DNA of 63,957 nucleotides from Octopus bimaculoides (taxonomy: Eukaryota), in assembly GCF_001194135.2 (NCBI RefSeq), contig NC_068981.1:170449998-170513954 (forward strand). Reading direction: 5' to 3'. The notes beneath the pieces are model-generated. The model did no database searches. It worked only from the letters and a program-made list of their open reading frames with translations, and was not told the DNA's origin. Below, in pieces: positions 25,838 through 39,384 of this stretch (positions are counted from its first letter, which is position 1; the number at the start of each line of letters is the position of its first letter). Both the position numbers and the translations under genes were made by a program.

Positions 25838-28545
25838 TTCTCTGTAGTACTTCATAAAATTATAGTAGCATAATATAAACATATTTTTCATCCAATCTTT
25901 ATTTACATTTCCAATTCTAATTCCTTGTATATTACATCCCTCATGATAAGTTACATCCGTCTTTCTACCATCTCGCTCACATAAAGCTTTAAAAATATAT
26001 TTAAATTTAAATATAATAATACATATATTTTTCACATAACTTTGATGTTTTAGCAGAATTTCGACGTTCAATATTAGCTACATTTTAAACGATAAATTTC
26101 TAATCACATGAATTCTGCGTCCTAATAAGTTGTTTGTTTACCATTCGAAAATTCCTAAACGTAGAACTCAAATAATTAACTTCGTAATTCAAGACTCAAA
26201 ATATACTCATATTTCTGACGATATCTGACAGTATATTGTTTATTACGTCTATAAGAGTTACAATTATTGACGATTCAAATATATTGTTGGATTGAAATAT
26301 ATGTCGAATCTTTTTTGAATATTTTGAATATTTTCGGTTGTTTTTTTATGTTGTCCCTTTTATACTTGTTCTTATAGGCAATCTTTCAATCATTTAATTT
26401 GCATTATTGTTCCACTGTGATACAAATAAAATGAACCAAGCATCTTTTATATATTTTTCTTCTCCATCTTCTTTCATTGATTATATATATATATGTATAT
26501 AAATATAAATTTTGAAGAAGACGTAAACTTGCTCTTAAGTATAGCAGATATATANNNNNNNNNNNNNNNNNNNNNNNNNNNNNNNNNNNNNNNNNNNNNN
26601 NNNNNNNNNNNNNNNNNNNNNNNNNNNNNNNNNNNNNNNNNNNNNNNNNNNNNNNNNNNNNNNNNNNNNNNNNNNNNNNNNNNNNNNNNNNNNNNNNNNN
26701 NNNNNNNNNNNNNNNNNNNNNNNNNNNNNNNNNNNNNNNNNNNNNNNNNNNNNNNNNNNNNNNNNNNNNNNNNNNNNNNNNNNNNNNNNNNNNNNNNNNN
26801 NNNNNNNNNNNNNNNNNNNNNNNNNNNNNNNNNNNNNNNNNNNNNNNNNNNNNNNNNNNNNNNNNNNNNNNNNNNNNNNNNNNNNNNNNNNNNNNNNNNN
26901 NNNNNNNNNNNNNNNNNNNNNNNNNNNNNNNNNNNNNNNNNNNNNNNNNNNNNNNNATATATATATATATATATACATACAGGGAACCATGAATGTGTGT
27001 GTGTGTGCGTGTGTAACTATACCTATATAGTCAGATATATTAGTGTATATACTTATAGGTATACATATGTGTTTGTGGCAGTACATGTACGCATGTCTAT
27101 TTGTTTGTTCCTCAGTGTAATAACAACAAAACATTTGTTTCGTATTACAGTTTTCCGATACCGCAGCGACAATTGAATATACTCCTACATACATCGCGAT
27201 ATTGGTGAGCGTATTTATTACATTTAACTTGTGTTAAACATTTACAATAACGATGTAAATATGAGAATATGTGTTATTGGCACAAGTTGCAGGCAACGAC
27301 TGATCGGATAGTCGACTGAGACAGAGTTATCAACTACCAGATTCTGCGATATTATGTTCACATTAATGGACGCATCTATACACAATGAATAGCAGAAATA
27401 TAATATTCATCGGAAAATTTCAATAAACTGTTATCTTTATTTGACTGGACTGCAGTGTCATTTGCTGATGATTTACCAATAAAAATTTACATATTGTACA
27501 TGTCAATGTTCGTAACAATTAATTGGTACACATTTTGAGGGGTTTAAGTTTCTGTAAATTAAAATGCCAAAGACATATGTGTCTGTGGCTTGACTCTCGT
27601 ACATACAGGTATTAGCACAGTTAAAGATGCCAGCCAATATATTTAAATTAATTCAAATTACATCTATTCTGAGAAGGAACACGGATTATCATAAACACTA
27701 ATTCTGGTCAAAATAAATTAGTTAAAATTAATTACACAGCACAAGGGCAAGAGATGACATGTTTTGATCTTAGTACACCGCATTTCCGAAGCATAGTCTA
27801 ACCGAAACTGCAGATCTAAGATAACAAGGCAATATATTCGCTTACCATATACTTTATAATTATACATACTTTACTAATTGCTTTCATGTTCCAGGAGTCT
27901 ACTGTATTTTCTCTGAGTTCTTCTATTGTGTTTCTTAGGCTTTGAATCAGATATTGTATTGTGAAATATATCGAAGAAAAAAGTGTTCATCCATATTACA
28001 TATGAGGATCATGTGCTGGTATAATCTTCAGTGCTGCGAATGTATTTGATTTTCAAATGTTATTACTTTCGAAGTCTGCTGGCAATGATACCAACATTCA
28101 TTTGTTTACAATATGAATAAAGTAGCTGTTTCTTCCATACGCTCGATTTTTTTAAAACTTATCTCCAAGGGCACTTCTATAGATATATGTCTGAATGTTT
28201 TAGTGTTTGAAAATTCATCGAAGTTTTATATAATTATTGTTTTAATTCTTTTAGCTGAAGGCTAATAATGCAGTTTCAAACTGATTTCTGCTGTGACCAT
28301 TCATTCCTTTATTTTTACTAAGAGGTATATCTAGCACTACGTTGTAGTGTTATTATAATATTAAAAGAACGTAGTTTGAATTGGGTGACACAAAGTTGGA
28401 GTCAAGCAGGTTTAGCGACGACATATGAACTGTCTTCTTGTCTCCTATATACACTTCTGAGATACCAGTTAAAAGCGTTAATTTTATCTCTAGTTATGCA
28501 TATTTATATTGTGTTTAGTACTATTTGTTTCACCACTTTGTCTTC

Positions 28546-28963
28546 CTTTAAACATCTCACGTATGCAGTAATATTTTGCAAAACTTTCCCTCCCTGAAAA
28601 TAAACAGATTTTATTCCACAATAATTGTTTTCTTGTGCATTCAATTTTTTGTTGATCAGAACACTATGTTTCAAATAAATTTTATAACCTGAAGTTATTA
28701 AAGGTTCTTTTTTCTTAAATGATTCTTCTATGTAAACATTTTACTGTATATTTAATTTCTGGTCAACAAACTTTTCTTACTTTAGACATCTCACGTATGC
28801 AAGAATATTTTACAAAATTTTATTCAGTAATAATAGTTTTCTGATGCATTTAATTTTGTGTAGATGAGAATATAGGGTTTCAAATAAATTATAGAACCTG
28901 AAGCTATTAAATGTTCTTTTTTCTTGACTGATTCTCCTATGTAATCATTTTACTGTCAACAAA
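28546..28963. repeat. Diverged direct tandem duplication, period about 234 bp
   Basis: cttta(a/g)acatctcacgtatgca at 28546 and 28780; shared tttcaaataaatt..aacctgaag.tattaaa.gttctttttctt..tgattct.ctatgtaa.cattttactgt blocks. Confidence 0.85.
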
Positions 28964-29602
28964 CTCAACAGCCTCATCGAATAGCCACGCTTCAATATGG
29001 AGGAAACTTAATACATTCTGCTCTTCCCTTTTCCTCTTTTTTTCTGCACATTCATATTACCACTTGAATATTTTTCAAATCTTTCTGACTGAAGTAGTAC
29101 TATTACATTGCTTTTGCTCTTTCTGAGAGAAAACGTGAATGTTCCATACTATGCAATAGTTCATATTTCTGAACCCAGTCTTATTTCGCTCAGTGTGCCA
29201 GCATATATCTGCGCAAGCAGAGGTAGATATAAAAGATGGTTTCAAAAATATGATTCTTTATGTAATAGAATATATTCAAAACATGTCATTGTTCTATGTA
29301 AGGCATTATATCTTGCATTGGTTTCAGATATAGAGATTTATATCCGATTAGTTTTAATTGAATGCGTACAACATGCATTTATTTCTGGGTAAAACTGACG
29401 TTATACGGCACAGAGAGATTTAGTGATGTTACAGTATTCAAATGCGTCAGGAATCTAATGCCGCTTTTTCTTATGTATGCATTTCAGAAAACACCCCACC
29501 TGAAGAGTGCTGAATCTGGTTTAGCAAGAAATTTTATCCCATTAATTATCAAAAGAAACAATTCTCTGCCAGCAATAATTATCATAAACGCTTAAAGAAC
29601 TT

Positions 29603-30467
29603 TTGAGTTATCCCATAAATAATGCGGTTATTTTATGCTTCTTTTAGTTTTCAAAATTAAGATAAACAAAGTTCTTTCTTTAATCTAAAATACACTCTCC
29701 TTAATTTTCCACAATGCTCTTCTATCTATCTGGTAGACTTGCAAGACCTCGCTTCCAAAAATTCACTTGAGTGTGACGAAAAATACTCCCCTAACACCGT
29801 TTTGACCTACAGTATTCATATTTTGTCCGTCCAATTCATTTTGAAAACTGCGGAATAAATGATAATCAGATGGGTCAATAGTCGGCAAATATAATTGGTG
29901 GGGCATCGTTTCCCATTCAAACTGCTCCAGCTTCTGGAATGTCATCCTCGCGGTATATGGCCGAGCATTATCCTGATGGAAGAACACCTTTCGTCTTGAA
30001 AACAAAGATGGTCGTTTTTCTTCTTCAAGCTGCACGCAGTAGATTTCTTTTGTTATCGTATGGTTTGGGCTTAACATTTCAATGTGGACTAACCTTTACA
30101 TATCACACCAAACAGATAATAACATCTTACGTAAGTGAAGACCTTTAGCCTGAGGTGCCAGAGTTTCTCCCTTCCATACCCAGTGTCTTCGATGCTTGAC
30201 ATTTTTGTACAGAACCCTTTCTCGTCACCAGTCACCATTCGATCCACAAAGGTTCACTCGCGAGACATGGCAGCACACGAAAGCACACATTCACTCTCTT
30301 AACGCGATTAGACTCGGAAAGTCTGTGAGGAACTCATTGACCCAATTTGCTGACTTTTCCGATGGCACGCAGGTATCGATGAATGGTTGAATGACTACCT
30401 GCATCAACTTGCCCGACTTTTAGTTGATGCAATTGAAAAACACGGCATTATTTATGTCATGGCCTAA
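29603..30467 (-). mobile_element. Internally deleted mariner with both TIRs; degraded DDD domain
   Basis: TIR-like ttgagttatcccataaataatgcggttatttt (29603) and reverse-complement ttaggccatgacataaataatgccgtgttttt (30467, TA outside). Minus strand reads HSTIHRYLRAIGKVSKLGQ*VPHRL...VTGDEK...HQDNARP...YLPTIDPSDYHLFRS. The N-terminal HTH region is missing. Confidence 0.92.
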
Positions 30468-30689
30468 TATATTGTGTAGTTTAATAGTTTGTTGTAATAA
30501 TCATCACACGCAATTATCTCATAGTAACTAAAACGATTAGAATGCAATTTCAACATCACTTTCTCTGACGTGCAGTCTTAATCTAAAATAGCATCCGAAG
30601 ATGTTATCAATAAGACCTTATTTAATTAATGGAAACCACTAAGAATAAAACAAGCACTCCCTATAAAATCTCACTAGCCAAGTTACGTG

Positions 30690-30960
30690 CTTCATATACT
30701 TGAAGGAGAGTAATGTGATAAAAATGGTAGACCTCATAATTCTCTGGGAAGCGAACATCGAAGATACTTTTCTTAGGAATGACAAGAAATACTTCGAGTT
30801 GGTTCTACTAATGGAAATAAGGGATAGGAGGGAATATGCCTTCCTGTAAAAAAGGTGTTAGAGGATATTTTGAAACTAGTGTTCCTTCGACGTTCGGCAG
30901 TCTTTGAATAGCTGCAGAGGAGCCAAAACATTTTACCAAAAAAGATATTTTAACCCACCG
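30690..30960 (+). mobile_element. C-terminal restriction-like endonuclease fragment of an R2-group (HERO/NeSL-like) non-LTR retrotransposon
   Basis: MVDLIILWEANIEDTFLRNDKKYFELV, then after a frameshift G*EGICLPVKKGVRGY, matches the pattern IELTVPWEENIEEA.ERK..KYEELV...GW...FPVEVG.RGF. Confidence 0.6.
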
Positions 30961-31599
30961 AGAAAACAATAAACAGGATGAGTGGTACATTGAGAATAAT
31001 AGAAGCACCTGGCCCAGAGTCATAACATATGACTCAACAAACTTGTGCTGTTGTACAGGAATTTTAAGTATTGTTGATTACATAATTGTGTGTTCCCAAG
31101 CAGCCTTGGTGTCGCGTGGAAAAGACCAAAATACATACAGAGCCACTTCATTGCCTAATCACACATCGATACCTACATTCGAAGTTTACCCGAAATTTAA
31201 AACCTGTAAAAACAGGTCCAATTACTAACTGCTATACATCCCGTCACACATCCAGTAATAATAGTACTTTTCTGTCGTAAAGCAGATATAAACAAATTGT
31301 GCATTTGATTGTTACGAATCAAATAAAGCAGCAATTTGCTTTGCCCGGTACATGATAAACCACTTTCTCTCAACAAACTTGCATTCTTCTCTTTAAATGA
31401 AATGACTCTACGTTCTCTTTCGTATTACCCTCTAACTTTTATTCTCGCTTCTACTCTCGTACTACTTCATTACTTTGCAACTCATATGCGTATATACATT
31501 AACCGGTAAGACATTGAAAATTTTCTAGCGTGCATCAAAATATCATATTCATATCACTGAAAAGGATTAGATTGGGAAGCCATGGCTGAATATCATTCT

Positions 31600-31790
31600 A
31601 TTGTAAGAAGTGGATTTCTAAAATCGTCACACTGCAAAAAGTATCTGTTACAAACTACGAACGTCTCTAATGTCATGTCCACATTTACCATGAAGCAATA
31701 GAGGATCGCTGGACCTGAGGTGAAAGGATTTGATCCACAGGTGAAATCTCTCGAAGTTTGAAGTTTTAAACATTTTACCAATGAAGTATC
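31600..31790 (+). mobile_element. Possible hAT transposase C-terminal (dimerisation) fragment
   Basis: LLQTTNVSNVMSTFTMKQ*RIAGPEVKGFDPQVKSLEV* loosely fits STA.VER.FSTMKR...GP....FDP...I..W; heavily degraded. Confidence 0.35.
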
Positions 31791-32201
31791 CGGAAAACCG
31801 TATGACAAATATTAAAGTATTAAAGTAAACAAAAATAAATAAATAAATAAAGTTACATTTCTCTTAGTATGTAAACTTAATTGATTATTTTTCTTTTCAC
31901 TAATATAAACAACTCATATAGTTAGAAAAGGTGCTTTAAAGAATTTCCGTGTAAATGTCAACACTGCGTCAATTTCTTTAAATTTATTCACCTTTATAAC
32001 AATATAAGTAATTAATTATTACAACAGTTTTGCAGTATTATATTCTAAATGATTGGTATCTATACATTTAAGGTATCTACCAGTTAATATCACACTCACG
32101 TAGAGTAGGTAATCTATATAACGTGGATTGTAACAATTATCAAAATTACTTCACAGAAAATAGCGACCTGTCACTGCAGCGTGATTAATATTAATAAGCC
32201 C

Positions 32202-32411
32202 TTCTATTATAGTCACAAAGCTTGATGTTTTGGAGGAGAGGACTAGTTGATTACTCCGACCCCAGAATTTCGCTGGTACTTTATATATCGAGCCCCGAAG
32301 GATGAAAGCAAAGTCAACCTCGGCAGAAATTGAACTCAGACCGTAGCGATGGGCGAAATAACGCTAAGCCATTCGTCCAGCATGCTAACGACATTGCCAG
32401 CTCTCTGCCCT
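32202..32411 (-). mobile_element. tRNA-derived SINE (Nin/Deu-like centre)
   Basis: Homologous to 17079-17296 (ccccgaaggatgaaagcaaagtcaacctcggcagaaattgaactcaga). Confidence 0.83.
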
Positions 32412-32654
32412 GGTAATTAATTGCAATAATATCAACCAGATCGCAGAACACCCGCAATCTTCATGACGTACGAGGAATGAAAACCAAACTAATTAAATAA
32501 TGGAACCGCCAACGCAAATTTTTTTTTAAGGAAAGTATACACTTATGAGTTATTTATAATGTAGTTTGAAACTTCGACAAAAGACCAAGTACTATGAAAT
32601 GTTTAATACCTGTTACACATTAGTCACAGCAAGTATATCAATAAGTACATATAT

Positions 32655-32925
32655 TTTATTGACAGTCGCCGCGTAGGTTCACGTAGGACCTTGGACAGCA
32701 GGTCAAATTATTCTATGAACACATCTAGATCCCTTTCATGTATCTCTCAGATTTTTTTGACAATGTATTAAATAGCAGGGGGCCTTTGAATCCCAAGTCT
32801 TTTCAGTACTTGTCCTTATTCTAGATACAAACGAATGGACCTTAGGCACAGTTCAGTGACGTCCACTTCGGGGGCTGTTATAGCTCTCGATGACAAAGTT
32901 TGACGCCACCTCTTCTATGATGTTA
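32655..32925 (-). mobile_element. CR1-group LINE 3' end fragment
   Basis: Minus strand across frameshifts: IEEVASNFVIESYNSPRSGRH*TVPK...RIRT..LG..GP..FN..KNLRD..DLDVF...DLLSKV..EPT, a typical C-terminus of invertebrate CR1-like ORF2. Confidence 0.68.
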
Positions 32926-33848
32926 CACACACACACACACACACACACACANNNNNNNNNNNNNNNNNNNNNNNNNNNNNNNNNNNNNNNNNNNNNNNNN
33001 NNNNNNNNNNNNNNNNNNNNNNNNNNNNNNNNNNNNNNNNNNNNNNNNNNNNNNNNNNNNNNNNNNNNNNNNNNNNNNNNNNNNNNNNNNNNNNNNNNNN
33101 NNNNNNNNNNNNNNNNNNNNNNNNNNNNNNNNNNNNNNNNNNNNNNNNNNNNNNNNNNNNNNNNNNNNNNNNNNNNNNNNNNNNNNNNNNNNNNNNNNNN
33201 NNNNNNNNNNNNNNNNNNNNNNNNNNNNNNNNNNNNNNNNNNNNNNNNNNNNNNNNNNNNNNNNNNNNNNNNNNNNNNNNNNNNNNNNNNNNNNNNNNNN
33301 NNNNNNNNNNNNNNNNNNNNNNNNNNNNNNNNNNNNNNNNNNNNNNNNNNNNNNNNNNNNNNNNNNNNNNNNNNNNNNNNNNNNNNNNNNNNNNNNNNNN
33401 NNNNNNNNNNNNNNNNNNNNNNNNNNNNTGTGTGTGTGTGTGTGTGTCTGTGTGTGTGTATAACATTAGGCTTCCTGGTTTTTAAACATATAAAATATTT
33501 CTGATTTGCGCACGCTTTTCATGAAATATACCGATTTCATTAATGACGAGACATAAAAAAGGTCGCACATGCAAATTACGCTACCCAGTAATACACTAGT
33601 TTAATCTATGTCTGCTTTATATGACAACTCCATATCATACGACGCTGACGACAAAGGCATATGAATACTCTTTCTCTGAGGAAAAGTTGAGTCAGAAGTC
33701 CACGCTGTCTCTCTATCCTGTAGAGAAAAAACTTAGGAGTGCATTTACATTCTTCTCGTTTTATTTGCCAGCAGACTTTATGGTGTTTTAATTTGTCCTT
33801 CTAATTCAGTCTGTGTTGTATTACACACGCACACACACACACACACAC

Positions 33849-33977
33849 AGGAGTGGCTGTGTGGTAAGTAGCTTGCTTACCAACCACATGGTTCCGGGTT
33901 CATTCCCACTGCTTGGCACCCTAGGCAAGTGTGGATTTGGTAGACGGAAACTGAAAGAAGCCCGTCGTATATATATA
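33849..33977 (+). mobile_element. tRNA/CORE-type SINE 5' half with about 45-bp internal deletion, running into microsatellite/gap
   Basis: aggagtggctgtgtggtaagtagcttgcttaccaaccacatggttccgggttc...ggcaagtg joined directly to tggatttggtagacggaaactgaaagaagcccgtcg; the intervening block is present in the 19385-19540 and 46625-46756 copies. Confidence 0.88.
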
Positions 33978-34511
33978 NNNNNNNNNNNNNNNNNNNNNNN
34001 NNNNNNNNNNNNNNNNNNNNNNNNNNNNNNNNNNNNNNNNNNNNNNNNNNNNNNNNNNNNNNNNNNNNNNNNNNNNNNNNNNNNNNNNNNNNNNNNNNNN
34101 NNNNNNNNNNNNNNNNNNNNNNNNNNNNNNNNNNNNNNNNNNNNNNNNNNNNNNNNNNNNNNNNNNNNNNNNNNNNNNNNNNNNNNNNNNNNNNNNNNNN
34201 NNNNNNNNNNNNNNNNNNNNNNNNNNNNNNNNNNNNNNNNNNNNNNNNNNNNNNNNNNNNNNNNNNNNNNNNNNNNNNNNNNNNNNNNNNNNNNNNNNNN
34301 NNNNNNNNNNNNNNNNNNNNNNNNNNNNNNNNNNNNNNNNNNNNNNNNNNNNNNNNNNNNNNNNNNNNNNNNNNNNNNNNNNNNNNNNNNNNNNNNNNNN
34401 NNNNNNNNNNNNNNNNNNNNNNNNNNNNNNNNNNNNNNNNNNNNNNNNNNNNNNNNNNNNNNNNNNNNNNNNNNNNNNNNNNNNNNNNNNNNNNNNNNNN
34501 NNNNNNNNNNN

Positions 34512-34542
<31 letters not shown>

Positions 34543-35341
34543 TGTGTGCGTATGCTAAGTAATAGATATGGAATGCAGGAACATTTTACATGTTTCCGTA
34601 GTCAAGCCACAGTTCAATATACCATTAATTCTAGACCTTCTAAATGCATGAAGAAGGAATTGTATTCCGAAATATCATCGGACTATAGATAACTAAATTA
34701 CAACAGGTATATAGTCCATTTTTTTGTATTATAGTGTATTGTTGTACCATTCAAAAAAACTTTTTATTCTTTTCTATTCTTAATTGTTCTGCCAGCGGAG
34801 AAAACGCCGTAGATTGGAAGTTATTTCTAAAAATATTTCTCATCAACAAAGCTCATCGTCTAACGCTAAATGAGAAAGAAATAAAAGTAACCATTGTTAT
34901 ATATTAACTTACTTCATACCAGCAAGTTTTTCTTATATATAAAATCACTTAGTGCCCTCATGCAACTGCTGACGAAATAGTGTCAAAACATTATCCTAAT
35001 TGAAGCTGAAACTGCAATATTTGTCTTTGAGTAGGATTTCAAAGGGAATATTTAACATAATTGAACCGGTCTGTTGTAGGTTTTGGCACTAAATCTAGTG
35101 TAATTTCAGCTACTCTTATAATTTGATACTGAGACGCAATTTATACGGGAAATTTGTAACAGATAATAGCAGATGCTGACTGACATTTGATTCATTTATA
35201 AAACTTCAGCAGCATATATATGAGTATGTACCTGTGAATGAGTGAGTGTGTGTTAGTGTCCATATACATATACATATATGTGTGTGATATGTCAATGCAA
35301 ATGGTAAAGTATATATATATTCGTACGAAGCCGGTTATTAA

Positions 35342-35379
<38 letters not shown>

Positions 35380-35395
35380 AGAGAGNNNNNNNNNN

Positions 35396-35480
<85 letters not shown>

Positions 35481-37854
35481 GTTTAGAAAAAATAGTATAT
35501 CAGCTGAAATATATAAGAGAACATTTTCTTTAATTAGTGCCAAACATTACAACATAAATCATCCTCCTGAGAATATGTCAAGTTAATTAAACACGATCAG
35601 TTTAAAATGGAAACCGTGTCGTTAATATGGTCTACTTGGGCTACTTGTATTAGTTTCGTACTTTGATAGTCGCGGAAAAAAACATTCTAAACTGCGAGGG
35701 ACATCCTTGATGCTAATGTGAAAAGTGTCTGTAAATAATTAATCATCATTAAAGTAATCTTGAATGTCATCTATAGAGCATGATATTTAGATGTTACTTT
35801 GGTTTCCATTTATCTATAGTAAACATCTATTAAAATTTGCTACTTTATTTCATGGAAAGCAAAATTCTATTTTATTTGTTTGTATATATACGCTTTAGAA
35901 GTTGAAAGTCGAAATGTTATTGTCTAGGAACTTGTGCATTTGTTTAGATACGATCAATGAAATATCCAGATAAAACTCAATAGTAATTCCCCAAAGTAAA
36001 GAAAGAAATTAAAGATTAACGAGGAAAACAATAGAGGGAATAAATTAAACTTTACGCAAACATTTGCAGCTAGTGTCGAATATAATGATTACAACTGAAA
36101 TCTATTTAGTTTCCGACTGGAACCTTTCCAACTAGTGTCGCCCTTTTATAAAAAATTATAGAATGATTGTGCTTTTGAAATGAGACTATCTACGTAACGA
36201 TGTAGAGTGGTTATGTAATATTTCGGATCCCGGTTGGACATTTTCCGATGCTGAATGCTTTATAAGTGATGACTATTAAGTCATATGATATTGATTATTT
36301 GTTTCGACGCCATAGCCTCCAGTTTCGGAGTTAGAAATAAAAAATACTGATTAATGTTTAAGTAATTTCCAAATACCTTCTCTATGCCTGTTAGAATAGT
36401 TTTCGATTATTGAAAATTTGGTATTTGGTTTCACATCTGTGCAGTTCTAATATATTTGAGGAAAATGGCCAAAAAAGTTATTTATGTAGACTGAATTAAA
36501 CTTAAAGTGTATTAAATGGTTTCAGGATACAAACGGGTCATGGCATTGAATGTCGTGAATGTATACAGTTTTGACAAGCTTTGCACAAGAAAACTTTAAT
36601 TGTTATTAAATTGAGTCGTTTACATTGAAAAATGTACATGATATTGAATGATCACTGAAAGTTAACCTGTTCGATTCTCGTACGAAATAATAAAATTAAA
36701 GCAACTGCTTTTAAAAGACTTTTCCATTGGTTTGAATGAATGGTTATTGATTTGTTGTAAAAATGGAAATCTGCAAATAAAGTTTAGAAATAATAAATAG
36801 GTGGTAAATATATTATTCCAAGATATATATTTTCTTTAATAAATCTTATGAAAATAGCTTGCAAAAATATGTTTATTTCAAGGGAATATTTTTGTTAATG
36901 CAGGTAAAACTAAAACTTTTGTTTAAAATGGTTAGTTCACTATATAGAGTAGGTTCTTGAAATATATCTGCGTCATTCATGTCCTTGTGTAACTGCGACG
37001 AAATATGTGTGCAAATAATATTCATATGAAAACAGGAGCGAATAGTCTGATGTCTTTTAATGCTTATAGAAATGTAAAATATTTCACTAATTTTGAAGAA
37101 ATGATAAAATAAATAGCGTTGGGGATAGATTAATACAAATCATAAGACTTTGTAATGTTTTTTGATATTGTTAAATTATGTAAAGAGGTATACGGGAGCA
37201 GAGACATAGAAAGTCAAAGTTAAACAGTGGGAAGGGAAAGAAATAGATATTAGCAGGAACCAACGAGGAAATTTGTTCGGTAATAATGGTTTATCGTTGA
37301 GGTTAATGCTTTGCTTTATAAATGGTATTTATCGAGAAAAGTGTGTCATGTTATATATGTCATCTCATATATATGACCTTCGAAACCTTTACGGATTTCA
37401 TAAGATGAGAATTTGAAATTTCTAAGAGTCTCTACTATTGTTTTCTTGTTGTGGTATAGCACGTAGTACGTTTTTAGTGCAAGTTATACTTGCCAGGATG
37501 GAGAGTTACTATAGCTTAAAATATTTGTTGCGTGTCTCCTGTTACTAGCGTTAGAAAATTATCAAAACGTTAGTCCAGTTTGTGTTTATAACAAATAATT
37601 TCTTATAATTAAAACAAATAGTTCCTACTAATTTAGGATGAATCATTTTTATTTTCATTTATAGTCATGCAGCAATAAGAAAGGGTAATGGTGTACATAC
37701 TAAAGTGTTGAATTTCAATAAAATATAATTATTTATAACTGTATCATGCTATTGACCAGACTATCAGATGCTTTTATACATCACTAGTCACAAATCGCTT
37801 CCATTTCCTTCATGATCACGTCATTGTTTTCTACCTTTTCCCTAATCACTTAAC

Positions 37855-38480
37855 CACGTTGTTTTCCCATCGCCGTGGAAACCTTTCATAGAGCCTTTCA
37901 CTATCTTTTGGATATTGCTTAGTAGCTGCACCTACCCACCTGTTGTCTAAACACCTTGCGACATGTCCTGTCCACCGGAAATGGTGCTTTCCTTATTCTG
38001 AGATAACATCGTTTACTCCGATCCTCTCTCCAATTATTTCCTTTTAAATATGCTCTTGCAATAACATTCCCTAGACTGAATTTCCTTTTTCTCTTTGCGT
38101 TGTATCCATTCGATGTTCTTCCCTGTACGTAGTAGCTCGCGTTGCACTTGCGTGTCAGAGCGCATGTAGAACGGTACTTTTGAGGAGTCTGGGACATATG
38201 GTCCTTGTTTAGCTTTGCTTTGAGTACGTCTTTTCTTCTTGTTAGGTAGATGCCTTCCATCCAGCTTTTCTTCCTGATTTAGTATACAGATCTAGGTGCA
38301 AATTCATTGTGTCCCGTAAGTAGACGTACACATTTACCTCCTCGACTTCGTCGCAACCCGCCTCTCTTCGGCTCTTTGCGATGTTTCTGGACCTCATTCA
38401 TTTTGTTTTCATGCGGTTCAGTTTAAGACCTATTAAGCAGCTATGAATGTCCAGTTCTCCCACATAGTCTACAAATGGTC
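37855..38480 (-). mobile_element. RTE-clade LINE fragment (post-RT region)
   Basis: Across frameshifts: IGLKLNRMKTK*M...VEEVNVYVYL...AGWKA..KDVLKAKL...EEHRMDTTQR...LG..LQEHI....RIGVNDVI....FRWTGHVAR..DNRW...RRW, a characteristic RTE signature. Confidence 0.85.
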
Positions 38481-39384
38481 TGTTGTTTCTGCTAATCGGA
38501 GATGTGTTAGTTCGCCGTTATAGGTTATCAAATAATATTCCTTAATGATATCAGAATTATTTTCTATAATATTGCAGAGCGTGCTCGACATTATAAATTA
38601 AAATGGAGTTAGATTCAAGTGACTGATAAGTATAAGTGCATGCCATGTATCTCTATAAAATATCAGTAGCCCATATGACATATATATGTATACTCTCGTC
38701 ATGTGGACACAATATCCAAGACATTAAATGAATAATAATATCACGAAAGTATTTGTATGCAAAATTCTGCAACATGTGTACTCAAAGTATTGTGTTGGAA
38801 TGATCAAATAACTTAGAAATAATGATTTAATCAACTTTATATCTCTTATTTGAATGCGTACGTATACTTTGATATGATAGTTAGTACCCTTTTGAAGATA
38901 AAGGGACATGGTCTCATCTATTTGTAAATACTTTGCGACAAAAATTCATTGATATTTCCAAAGCTGTCTGGCGAAACCAAAACCCTGTTTCTTTGAAAAT
39001 GAAGCACACAAATATATTGAAGTGTTCTCTTACCAGTACCGCTATATTTCTGCACTACTGTTTCTTCACTTTTGGTCGCTATTAGCCACACTTATTTTCT
39101 TCTGCTTTGGTACCTTTTATTTTACTAATTTTCCCACCTTCCTGTCTGAATCATGTGCTTTCATTATTGAATACACATCTGCATTCATACTGCGCACGGC
39201 CACTTTCTATTTCTCTTTTTCTTTGAGTATCAACAATCCTCCATCAACCAGCAGCTAGTTTTTACTTGTAAGATAGATTTAAGGACGATAGAAATGAGGT
39301 GAGAGACGATGAGACGTATGGGGATAGAGGGACGTCAAAACATGAGATTTAGTTGAGCAAATTCACAGTTTTCTAGATAAAATT

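Noticed and set aside
27461-27475. FADDL, an RT-like motif
   Set aside because: Isolated pentapeptide with no upstream QG motif and stops in the frame.
29495-29540. CUGAAGA-G-UGCUG...UAGCA-A-GAAA hammerhead-like string
   Set aside because: The closing pair of stem II is mismatched and no stem I partner exists.
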